Shown here: positions 56,553 through 64,000 of the stretch, piece after piece
How the letters are laid out: each line of letters starts with the position of its first letter
How positions within the stretch are numbered: the first letter of the stretch is position 1
From: a virus
Taxonomy: Duplodnaviria; Caudoviricetes
Strand: one strand, 5' to 3'
Virus record (IMG/VR): IMGVR_UViG_2828467665_000001
Coordinates: 7,880-71,879 of that record
DNA length: 64,000 bases
Notes under the pieces: model-generated
What the model saw: only the letters and a program-made list of their open reading frames with translations
Databases searched by the model: none
Told to the model about the DNA's origin: nothing
Made by a program: the position numbers and the translations under genes

Positions 56553-57284
56553 ATGAGCATGGGCACGAGACTTATCATTGGTGGCACCGACGAGGTAGGT
56601 TATTTCTCGGCAGACCCCGTTGGTGGTCTAGCTGATCTGTTCTTTTTTGATACGAGCCTTGATAAAGCGACCAAAAATTTCGCTAAGGGACGCCCGGGCC
56701 TATCTCCACAGGGCACCTTTAGCTTCAGCGGCGCCGACCCTCTGACGCTCAAAAACAGGGTGTCCACTTTGCTGACGGCCGAGCCGGCGGGGCAATACGC
56801 GACCGTTTTTGTCGTCATAAAAAAACCGGAAAATAACAAGGCGTGCGCTCTCATGGAGGCCGCAGCCGGAACCCCGACCGGGATGAGCAACGCGGTGAGT
56901 GATTTCTCGGTAGGCTTGGCTGACGATAACAATTTGTCTTTCAACGTGTCCATATCAGGTGACGGGGTGACGGCGGCACCGGTTCGACCTAATCTGTATG
57001 CTTTCGCATCTCTAAACTGGACGTTATTCCGGTTTGGGGTTGGACCCGGCGTCATCTCTTTCACTGACCTGACGGCCAATCAGTCGAGGTCGGTTGCCTA
57101 TACAGGGACGCGCGCGATGGTTCCGACTCCGCTGCATATCGGCTGGTCGCGGTTCAGCGCCATCGTTGGCTCGATACAGGTCGCGTCGTATTGGCGATAC
57201 CCGCGGTATCTCTCCGACGCCGAGGTCGCCCGAGCCGCCTTGATGATCCGCGCACGGGAGGCGCGGCACGGGCGTATCGTCTGA
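56553..57284 (+). CDS. Beta-rich partner of the tailspike (ConA-like?)
   Basis: Beta-rich composition, RYLSDAEV C-terminus. Confidence 0.6.
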   Translation: MSMGTRLIIGGTDEVGYFSADPVGGLADLFFFDTSLDKATKNFAKGRPGLSPQGTFSFSGADPLTLKNRVSTLLTAEPAGQYATVFVVIKKPENNKACALMEAAAGTPTGMSNAVSDFSVGLADDNNLSFNVSISGDGVTAAPVRPNLYAFASLNWTLFRFGVGPGVISFTDLTANQSRSVAYTGTRAMVPTPLHIGWSRFSAIVGSIQVASYWRYPRYLSDAEVARAALMIRAREARHGRIV

Positions 57285-57349
57285 CCGCGATCACTTTCTA
57301 TCACCCGCCGCCCAACGAGGCGGCTTTTTTATTGCCCGGAGCAACCATC

Positions 57350-57517
57350 ATGACCCGCATCATCACCGCGGCGGCCCTCGCGCTCGCCGTTTGCGCCTGC
57401 ACGTCCAGTCGGGACACCGGCAACTGGATCAGTGTTTCAGCCGGCGTCGGGCACGTGCTCACCGCCGACGCCGCAGCCACGCTACCGCAGCCGGGTACGC
57501 CAGCGCGCCGGCGATAA
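57350..57517 (+). CDS. Small lipoprotein
   Basis: Signal peptide ending VCAC. Confidence 0.5.
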   Translation: MTRIITAAALALAVCACTSSRDTGNWISVSAGVGHVLTADAAATLPQPGTPARRR

Positions 57518-57540
57518 AGGCGACGATAACGGAGGCATCT

Positions 57541-58050
57541 ATGTTCATTCTCATCCCGATCCTGCTCGCGACGCTGAATCGCGCGCGAGGTGACGATACG
57601 TGGCTTACTCGCCTCGGCCTCCCGGGTCGAGCGCTATGGTACTGCGGCCCGCTCGTGGGGCTGGTCGCCCTGCTGGTGCAGCCGTGGCCGGTGGCGGTTG
57701 CATGGGCGCTGGCCTATCTCGTGTGGGCGGTGCCGGCGTGGGGGCATCTATTCGGGCTGGGGCGGTACGCGCCGGATCGTGAGGTTGATGCGCTGTCCGC
57801 CGCGCTGATCGAGATCGCCGCCGGCCATGTGCACGTGGCGTTCTTCTTGCGCCACCTGTTGGTGGTGCCCGGTCTCGCGCTGGTATCGCTCGCATCGGGC
57901 AGCTGGTGGCCGGTCGGGGCCGCGATTCCCGCTGCTGCGCTGTTCGTGTTGGCCTATGAGGGCGCATGGCGCTGGGCACCGCGGCAACCCATCCTCGTGG
58001 CGGAGCTGATCGTAGGCGCTCTGTGGGGGATCCTCATTCTGGCGGCTTAG
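57541..58050 (+). CDS. Multi-pass membrane protein
   Basis: NRARG motif, several hydrophobic helices. Confidence 0.7.
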   Translation: MFILIPILLATLNRARGDDTWLTRLGLPGRALWYCGPLVGLVALLVQPWPVAVAWALAYLVWAVPAWGHLFGLGRYAPDREVDALSAALIEIAAGHVHVAFFLRHLLVVPGLALVSLASGSWWPVGAAIPAAALFVLAYEGAWRWAPRQPILVAELIVGALWGILILAA

Positions 58051-58255
58051 CAGCGGCCCTTTGTTCACGCTCGCGGCGCTTCAACTCCCGTTCCACCGCT
58101 TCACGAATGAATTCGGCGCGCTTCTGCTTGCCGACGAGCGCGTCAATGCGATCCGGAACGTCGTCCGGCAATCTCACTAGGATTGGTTTCACGTTCAGCG
58201 GAGGCCGCCCCATGCGGGCGGACCTATCCGATATCGGCAACTGAGTCAATTTCAT
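58034..58255 (-). CDS. Ribbon-helix-helix regulator
   Basis: MGRPPL..K..LVRLP...RIDAL...RAEFIREAV; start may be 58213. Confidence 0.85.
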   Translation of the reverse strand: MKLTQLPISDRSARMGRPPLNVKPILVRLPDDVPDRIDALVGKQKRAEFIREAVERELKRREREQRAAAKPPE

Positions 58256-58269
58256 CCCCTCATGCGAAA

Positions 58270-58315
58270 ATAAGAGATATCGCTTATTGAATATAAGCGA
58301 TATCGTTTATATCTT
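58270..58315 (+). promoter_or_regulatory. Sigma70-like promoter with two 18-bp palindromic operators
   Basis: TTGAAT-N17-TATCTT; ATAAGAGATATCGCTTAT and ATAAGCGATATCGTTTAT. Confidence 0.8.
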
Positions 58316-58341
58316 CAACCCAGACCGGATTGGAGGTTAAA

Positions 58342-58893
58342 ATGGAGCTGGGTCAGGAAACGTTGCGTCGATTGTTGGACTACGACCCGGAGACGGGCGC
58401 GCTGACATGGAGAGAGCGTCCGGCAGAGATGTTCGCAGATGGCATCCAGCCTGCATCGCGCATCTGTCGAAGATGGAACTCAACATACGCAGGCAAGGCT
58501 GCCTTGGCCTATGTCGACAAAAATGGGTATAGGGCGGGAAATCTTCTTGGCCGAGCGGCCTACGCTCATCGCGTAATCTGGAAATGGATGTGCGGCGCAG
58601 ATCCGGATGAGATCGACCACGTCAATGGCATTCGCAGTGACAATAGGTTCAATAACCTCAGAAATGTCGACCATGCTGCGAACACGCGGAATGTAGCGCT
58701 CCATAGTAGCAACACGAGCGGCGTCATTGGCGTCTCTTGGGCGAAGCGGGAATGCCGGTGGCGAGCAAGCATAAAAGCGAACAATCGAGAGCGCCACATC
58801 GGGTACTTCCGAGACTTTGAAGATGCTGTAGCCGCGCGCAAGGCGGCAGAGAGGCAGTTTGGGTTCCACAAAAACCACGGGCGATTACCATAA
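58342..58893 (+). CDS. HNH-AP2 endonuclease
   Basis: YDPETG, AHRVIW, IDHVNG..DNR..NLR, NTSGV.GV.W. Confidence 0.92.
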   Translation: MELGQETLRRLLDYDPETGALTWRERPAEMFADGIQPASRICRRWNSTYAGKAALAYVDKNGYRAGNLLGRAAYAHRVIWKWMCGADPDEIDHVNGIRSDNRFNNLRNVDHAANTRNVALHSSNTSGVIGVSWAKRECRWRASIKANNRERHIGYFRDFEDAVAARKAAERQFGFHKNHGRLP

Positions 58894-58957
58894 CCGCCGC
58901 CCACCACCTCAATTCAGGCCCGCCTCTGTGCGGGCCGATTTTTTGGAGAATCTCACT

Positions 58958-59752
58958 ATGGTGGCAAGCAATTTCGATTTGGTGTTGCCGCGTGTGCTCG
59001 CACATGAGGGCGGTCTCGTTGACCATCCTCGCGATCCTGGTGGGCGCACAAACAAGGGCATAACTCAACGTGTTTTCGACGCATTCCGGCGCCGGAAGTC
59101 CTCTCCCACGCGCGCCGTCGACCATATCACCGACGCCGAGGCGAAGGAAATCTACAAGCGGCAGTACTGGGACGCCATCCGTGGCGATGATCTCCCGGCC
59201 GGTGTTGACTATGCCGTGTTCGATTATGCCGTAAACAGCGGCCCGGCACAGGCGGCCAAAGACCTCCAGCGCGCTATCAGTGAGAGTGCCGATGGAGCCA
59301 TCGGCCAGCGCACGATCGACGCCACCTACGGCAAGAGCGGCCAGATCATCATCGACGATCTGTGCGACCGACGCCTTGCCTTCCTGCGCCGGCTGAAGAC
59401 CTTCGGCGCTTTCGGCAAGGGCTGGACCCGCCGGGTTGAGGGTGTGCGCAAGGCTGCATCGTCAATGGCAATCCGCACCACTCCGCCGCGCTTTGCTGGC
59501 GAGTTCGACGCCGCTCCTGCAAAAGCCGACCCCGCCGACACGGCTGTCTCGCGCAGTGCCGAGGGTAGGGCGGGCGCCATCGCAGGCGTTGGCGCTGTCG
59601 GGTCGGCCGTCACGGATGCCGCCAATCAGCTTGCGCCGTACCAGAGTGTGACGCCAGCCTTGCAGTACGTCTTCATCGCCTTGACGATCATCGGCGTCGG
59701 CATCGGCCTGTACCTCACCTACCGGCGGTTTGCCAACGGAGCAGCATCATGA
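58958..59752 (+). CDS. Endolysin, GH108 plus peptidoglycan-binding domain, C-terminal hydrophobic tail
   Basis: HEGG..DHP.DPGG.TN.GIT, FD.AVNSG, FGKGW.RRV. Confidence 0.93.
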   Translation: MVASNFDLVLPRVLAHEGGLVDHPRDPGGRTNKGITQRVFDAFRRRKSSPTRAVDHITDAEAKEIYKRQYWDAIRGDDLPAGVDYAVFDYAVNSGPAQAAKDLQRAISESADGAIGQRTIDATYGKSGQIIIDDLCDRRLAFLRRLKTFGAFGKGWTRRVEGVRKAASSMAIRTTPPRFAGEFDAAPAKADPADTAVSRSAEGRAGAIAGVGAVGSAVTDAANQLAPYQSVTPALQYVFIALTIIGVGIGLYLTYRRFANGAAS

Positions 59753-60114
59753 TGACCGCCGCTGCCTCCCTCGCATGGCGCATAGCCACCTCCCGCATCG
59801 GTATCGCCGCGATTGCCGCCACGCTGTCCTACGGCGTGGCCTACCATCGTGGCTACTCCCGTGCTGACCGGCAGGCCGAAGTCACTGCCCTCCAATCCGA
59901 TCTCGCCATTGCCCGCGCGGATATCGACGCCGCGCGCCGTGCCGAAACACTCGCCGCACAGCAAGCCGAAAGCCTTGCCCTTGCCGCAAATCGCTATCTG
60001 GAGAAGGCTGATGCCCTCGAAGCCGAATTGGCGCAGCGCCCGGAGCGCGCTGCTTGCCGCATCTCTGACGCTGATCGCCGCCGGCTGCTCGACATCGACG
60101 CCGGCGAAGATTGA
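59749..60114 (+). CDS. Inner-membrane spanin (Rz-like)
   Basis: N-terminal TM plus coiled coil after the endolysin. Confidence 0.75.
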   Translation: MMTAAASLAWRIATSRIGIAAIAATLSYGVAYHRGYSRADRQAEVTALQSDLAIARADIDAARRAETLAAQQAESLALAANRYLEKADALEAELAQRPERAACRISDADRRRLLDIDAGED

Positions 60115-60313
60115 AGTCCGCCGCGATCTGCCGCCTCTGCCAGCCTACGCCGAGACGGTGAAGGTGCGCAAGCCTCGCGCGGGTGACGACCCGCTGGCCA
60201 TCGCCGCCCGTGAGCGTGCCGGGCGAGGGGCCGCCAATCGGCGCATCAAGGCAATCGTCATCTGGTACGAGTGCATCCGCATCACTTACGCCGGCGGGGA
60301 ATGCCACAAATGA
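60011..60313 (+). CDS. Outer-membrane spanin (Rz1-like lipoprotein)
   Basis: Overlaps the i-spanin in another frame; lipobox AAGC, Pro-rich. Confidence 0.75.
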   Translation: MPSKPNWRSARSALLAASLTLIAAGCSTSTPAKIEVRRDLPPLPAYAETVKVRKPRAGDDPLAIAARERAGRGAANRRIKAIVIWYECIRITYAGGECHK

Positions 60314-60606
60314 ACATTACAAACGAAATCGTCGGCCTTTTCCTCGCCGTCGCCGGCGCCGTATGGGGCGGGTACAAATGGATCGAAAGCCGCATCGTGC
60401 GCGTGGAGACGAAGGCCGATAAGGCTCTATCCGAAGTCGCCGCACACCGAGAATTTGTCGCCCGCCACCATGTCACGAATGACGCGCTGGCCGGGATGGA
60501 ATCTCGGATCACCAGCAATCTGGGCGATATCAAGCGGTCAATCGACAAGCAGGGCGAGCGCCTAGACCGCGTGATTGAAAAGCAGGGGAGCGCCGACAAT
60601 GGCTGA
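60310..60606 (+). CDS. Holin-like single-TM coiled-coil protein
   Basis: N-terminal TM; position in the lysis cassette. Confidence 0.6.
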   Translation: MNITNEIVGLFLAVAGAVWGGYKWIESRIVRVETKADKALSEVAAHREFVARHHVTNDALAGMESRITSNLGDIKRSIDKQGERLDRVIEKQGSADNG

Positions 60607-61846
60607 CCTATGGCACACGGATGCCAGTCAAGTGTCCGCTACGATTGCCGCCATGCAGCGCCATGATCGCGGTGATGGCACCTATAGCACAACTGCTATG
60701 GGCGTGGAGCTTGGCATCACTGACAGTAGCGCTCGCCGCCGCATTACGCGCATCAAGCGCATGGGCGAGCAGGGGCGGCTCGGTACCGATCCCGTCATCC
60801 CCGGCTTTGCCATCAAGAGCATCGCCAGCAAAGACGCGAGCGGAGCGTGGGTTCGGCAGACAAAGGCGCCCGGTCCAGAGTTCGCCGTTCCCGAGGGGCA
60901 TGCCGTCAAGGGCGTCTCGGCGCTCGTAGATGGCGACGGGCGCGTCATGGCCCAATGGGTCAAAACCCGCCTAGACGATACCGATGTCCTGATCGAGGCC
61001 ATCAAAGAAACGTTTGATGCCTACAAGGGCAGGGCGTTCCCGGTGCCGCCTCCTGAACATACCGACGACAAGCTCCTGTCCGTCTACCCGGTTGCGGACG
61101 TTCATCTCGGCATGTTGGCATGGGGCAGGGAGACTGGGGAGGACTACGACCTCGGCATTGCTGCCGACCGCCTGCGCTCCTGCATGGCGCGTCTCGTAGC
61201 GCAATCCCCGGCGAGCAAGCAGGCCATCATCCTCAATCTCGGGGACTTCTACCACGCCGACGACAGCCGCAACATGACGCCGCGATCCGGCAACATCCTC
61301 GACGTGGATGGCCGATACTTCCGCGTGCTCACTGCCGGCGTGCAGCTGTTCATGGACTGCATCGACCTCGCCCTGCGAAAACACGAGACGGTGAAGGTGC
61401 GCAACGTGCCGGGTAACCACGATCCGCACGCCGGAATCGCGCTCACGGTCGCGCTGTCCGCATTCTACGCCGACGAGCCTCGTGTCACCATCGACGACGA
61501 CCCCGGCGCATTCTTTTACCATCGATTCGGATCGACCCTGATCGGCGCTACCCACGGTGACCGCATCAAGCCGCAAGAGGCAGCCATGACGATGGCCGTT
61601 CGCAACCCCGACGACTGGGGCGCGAGCAAATACAGGTGGCACCTGTTCGGGCATATCCACCACCGGCGCGTACAGGAGGTCGGAAACGTCATATGCGAGG
61701 CTTTCCAGACCGTGGCCGCCAAAGACGGCTACCACCATGCCCATGGCTACAGCAGCGGGCAGTCCATGACCGCAGTCACGTTGCACCACGACGATGGCGA
61801 GATCGGACGGCATGTCGTCAACGTTCCGCCGCCGTGGGGGAGGTAG
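60599..61846 (+). CDS. Calcineurin-like metallophosphoesterase with N-terminal HTH
   Basis: DVH.G, GD..H, GNHD, HGD, GHIH. Confidence 0.88.
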   Translation: MADLWHTDASQVSATIAAMQRHDRGDGTYSTTAMGVELGITDSSARRRITRIKRMGEQGRLGTDPVIPGFAIKSIASKDASGAWVRQTKAPGPEFAVPEGHAVKGVSALVDGDGRVMAQWVKTRLDDTDVLIEAIKETFDAYKGRAFPVPPPEHTDDKLLSVYPVADVHLGMLAWGRETGEDYDLGIAADRLRSCMARLVAQSPASKQAIILNLGDFYHADDSRNMTPRSGNILDVDGRYFRVLTAGVQLFMDCIDLALRKHETVKVRNVPGNHDPHAGIALTVALSAFYADEPRVTIDDDPGAFFYHRFGSTLIGATHGDRIKPQEAAMTMAVRNPDDWGASKYRWHLFGHIHHRRVQEVGNVICEAFQTVAAKDGYHHAHGYSSGQSMTAVTLHHDDGEIGRHVVNVPPPWGR

Positions 61847-61847
61847 C

Positions 61848-62489
61848 ATGATCATCGGCATCACTGGCCTCGCGGGCAGCGGGAAAACGACAGCTGCACG
61901 CAGGCTCATCGACGTGCATGGCTTCAAACGCCACCGGATGGCCGCCCCGCTGAAGGCCATGCTGCACTGCCTTGGGCTTGACGAAGGCCACACGGACGGC
62001 GCCCTGAAGGAAGTGCCCTGCGACCTGCTGGGCGGACAGACGCCTCGCCACGCCATGCAGACGCTCGGAACTGAATGGGGAAGGGCGCTTATCGCCCCTG
62101 ATCTATGGATCAACGCATGGCGTGCCACGATGCCGGATGGTCATATTGTGGTGGATGACATCCGATTTGCCAACGAGGCGGATGCCGTTCGAGACGTTGG
62201 CGGTATCGTCGTCCGCATCGACAGGCCGGGGGTTCAGCCGGGCACTCACGCATCAGAGCGGATGGATTTCGATGCTGATCACACCATCTCCAACGATGGC
62301 CCGCGTGCGAAACTCTATTACGAGATCGACGAGCTTGCACCGTGCCTACCCGATGAGGGCACTTACCAATACGTGCCGTTTTCGATGGCCCCTGCGCGCC
62401 TGGAAGCCGGATGGGTGATCGCGGATGACTTCAGCGGCTGCCATCACGGGGATTATGCTGTACTGATGAGGCAGGTGGTCGCCGCTTGA
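61848..62489 (+). CDS. Deoxynucleoside monophosphate kinase
   Basis: GLAGSGKT, TPR.AMQTLGTEWGR, DDIRF.NE, H.SE. Confidence 0.9.
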   Translation: MIIGITGLAGSGKTTAARRLIDVHGFKRHRMAAPLKAMLHCLGLDEGHTDGALKEVPCDLLGGQTPRHAMQTLGTEWGRALIAPDLWINAWRATMPDGHIVVDDIRFANEADAVRDVGGIVVRIDRPGVQPGTHASERMDFDADHTISNDGPRAKLYYEIDELAPCLPDEGTYQYVPFSMAPARLEAGWVIADDFSGCHHGDYAVLMRQVVAA

Positions 62490-62724
62490 CAGCACCACCC
62501 CCGCCGGTTTGCCCGCCCGATGCGGATGCGCCCCCGCCGGCGGCTGGCGATATCGGGGCACGGATAGTGCCGCCGCCGCCCCCGCCGCCCCCGCCGACGG
62601 CCGGCGACGTGGGGGCACGAATAGCGCTGCTGCCGCCCCCCAGAGGAGACATTATGTCGTATGCCTCGACACGGCTCCATCCGACTTTTCCGTTCCCGCC
62701 AGAAATGGCGCGGAATTTCGTCAT
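62431..62724 (-). CDS. Gly-rich low-complexity hypothetical protein
   Basis: TGATG-coupled to the upstream minus-strand gene; an antisense Pro-rich ORF competes. Confidence 0.4.
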   Translation of the reverse strand: MTKFRAISGGNGKVGWSRVEAYDIMSPLGGGSSAIRAPTSPAVGGGGGGGGGTIRAPISPAAGGGASASGGQTGGGGAVKRRPPASSVQHNPRDGSR

Positions 62725-62960
62725 CAGACCGCCTCCGCGTTGGCGGTTACATCCACAATAAAAACGCCAGCGCCGTACGCGGGATATCCGGCTCTCACTG
62801 GCCCCTCGACGCCGTCATACCAGCGTACGTCGCCCGTGGGCGCGTAACCGCGAGCTTCAGCGACCCGAAGCGCCCCGTCCTCGGTTGCAGCTCTCCCGAC
62901 GATCCCACCATGCTCAGTCCCGGTGGGGCGCTGGATGTAAATGCAGACGTAGTCAGTCAT
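62724..62960 (-). CDS. Hypothetical protein
   Basis: Overlaps the upstream stop; in the leftward operon. Confidence 0.55.
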   Translation of the reverse strand: MTDYVCIYIQRPTGTEHGGIVGRAATEDGALRVAEARGYAPTGDVRWYDGVEGPVRAGYPAYGAGVFIVDVTANAEAV

Positions 62961-63219
62961 GCCGGGTGTCCCTTGCAATGTATGTCATAAGCCTGCGGGT
63001 CGCGGTTTCAAGGTCGGGCACCCGCGACCCGTCGCACCACCTGTTGTAGGTGTGGATTGATACCCCGAGAGATTCGGCCGCTTGGGCGCGGGTAGCGCGG
63101 ATGTCTTTTGCCCACGCCTTCGCGATCTCACTAAATGGGCGGGGGTCGGTCTCGTAATCGCGCTTCGTCTCGCCGGATGGCGGCGGCGTGTTCGGAGGGG
63201 TGCGGACAATCCAGCTCAT
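62953..63219 (-). CDS. XRE-like HTH protein
   Basis: TRAQAAESLGVS..TY.RW..G.R.P. Confidence 0.75.
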   Translation of the reverse strand: MSWIVRTPPNTPPPSGETKRDYETDPRPFSEIAKAWAKDIRATRAQAAESLGVSIHTYNRWCDGSRVPDLETATRRLMTYIARDTRHD

Positions 63220-63272
63220 GATTTTGATGCTACCGTGACGGTAGTCCTCGGTTCCGCAACGCCGATGCCTAA

Positions 63273-63791
63273 TCAGCGGGGCTCGGCTCGCAACAGCGCA
63301 TCGACTGCAGCTGTAACATCATCTATCTGTTCCAGAGTGAGTCCGTGTTTGGCGAGGATTTCTTTCCCCGTGTGATCGGACCATCCGACGACGTGGGCAT
63401 AGCCTTCGCCGCCCTCGTTGACGGCATCAGCGCGCCGTCGCCATTCGGCGTTGACGCGGTCGAGTTCATCGCGGGCTCCTTGTGGGATTATGGAGAGGGC
63501 CGCATCAATATCTGCCGACCGGCGGCGTTCTGCGTCTTGATCCGCTTTGGCGCGGCACTGATCTTCGGCGGCCACTTCGCGCGCGAAAGAACGGGCGGCC
63601 TCGACTACATCAACTGGAGCCGGGTCCGTGCCAAATCCCTCTTGGCGGGCATATCCACCCGTTGAGAGGTAGATCGTGCGCTTGGTGGCGATCTCATAGA
63701 CGTTTCCGTCGTTGAGGCGGTGCCAATAGAACGTGCCGTTGTCGGCGGCCAGGACTTTGCCATCAGCGGTGTCGGTATAGTTGATCGTCAT
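63273..63791 (-). CDS. Hypothetical protein
   Basis: 172 aa, ATGA coupling, NEGGEGY motif. Confidence 0.65.
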   Translation of the reverse strand: MTINYTDTADGKVLAADNGTFYWHRLNDGNVYEIATKRTIYLSTGGYARQEGFGTDPAPVDVVEAARSFAREVAAEDQCRAKADQDAERRRSADIDAALSIIPQGARDELDRVNAEWRRRADAVNEGGEGYAHVVGWSDHTGKEILAKHGLTLEQIDDVTAAVDALLRAEPR

Positions 63792-64000
63792 CTTTCCCCC
63801 CGGGCCACGCCCGGTATGTCGCTGAGAAGGGCGAGAGGGCTATTAGGGTGGATGTTCACGGGTTCGGGGGCAAGGGGGCGCGGTATCGGACGCCTGCCGG
63901 CCCACGCGCACTGCCAAGGCGCCTGAAGGGCAAACCAGCGTCCGTCCCTTTCGGCGACCAAGGCCGCTGGCAGGCTGGGGAGGGTGAAAATCGAGGTCAC
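63788..64000 (-). CDS. Hypothetical protein (may be truncated by the window edge)
   Basis: Open to the window end. Confidence 0.5.
   Translation of the reverse strand: MTSIFTLPSLPAALVAERDGRWFALQAPWQCAWAGRRPIPRPLAPEPVNIHPNSPLALLSDIPGVARGER

Larger units (their letters stand above)
1..64000. mobile_element. Temperate siphovirus / prophage filling the entire window
   Basis: Ordered cI/cro, replication, terminase, portal, capsid, tail, tape measure and lysis modules; no housekeeping host genes. Confidence 0.97.

Noticed and set aside
49457-57284. Diversity-generating retroelement or invertible tail-fibre cassette
   Set aside because: No reverse transcriptase, invertase or TR/VR pair found
60971-62128. 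385-aa antisense ORF over the phosphoesterase and kinase
   Set aside because: Shadow ORF; the sense genes carry clear motifs
1-64000. tRNA genes, att core or stop-codon reassignment
   Set aside because: No cloverleaf or T-loop motif seen; core genes are intact under the standard code

Overview
The whole window is one GC-rich temperate siphovirus or prophage, probably from an alphaproteobacterial (Hyphomicrobiales-like) host; the host assignment is inference from gene style. No host genes, integrase, att site, tRNA, CRISPR array or reverse transcriptase are visible. Layout: leftward early/recombination operon (1-5.3 kb); immunity-region morons and a cI/cro switch with five 17-bp operators (5.4-9 kb); rightward replication/modification operon with RusA-like resolvase, HNH nucleases, C5 methyltransferase, ParB-like protein, helicase, primase, ssb and dcd (9-19.4 kb); packaging, head and neck genes (21-32.9 kb); an ~8-kb accessory hotspot between the tail chaperone and tape measure (phoH, TA modules, HEPN pair, arc/arc/antirepressor); tail and receptor-binding genes (41-57 kb); lysis; phosphoesterase plus dNMP kinase; and small leftward genes. 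Best leads: (1) a candidate virion-glycosylation system, with two glycosyltransferase-like genes embedded in the head and tail modules and both capsid and tail tube ending in a short Thr-terminated tail; (2) a 40-bp promoter-like element duplicated between an intergenic site (39181) and the inside of a tail gene (48277), next to an inverted-repeat-flanked moron; (3) a methyltransferase whose target-recognition part is encoded in an overlapping +1 frame; (4) a highly structured ~300-nt non-coding segment before ssb; (5) several candidate defence/TA modules. All family calls are from motif recognition by eye, not database searches.
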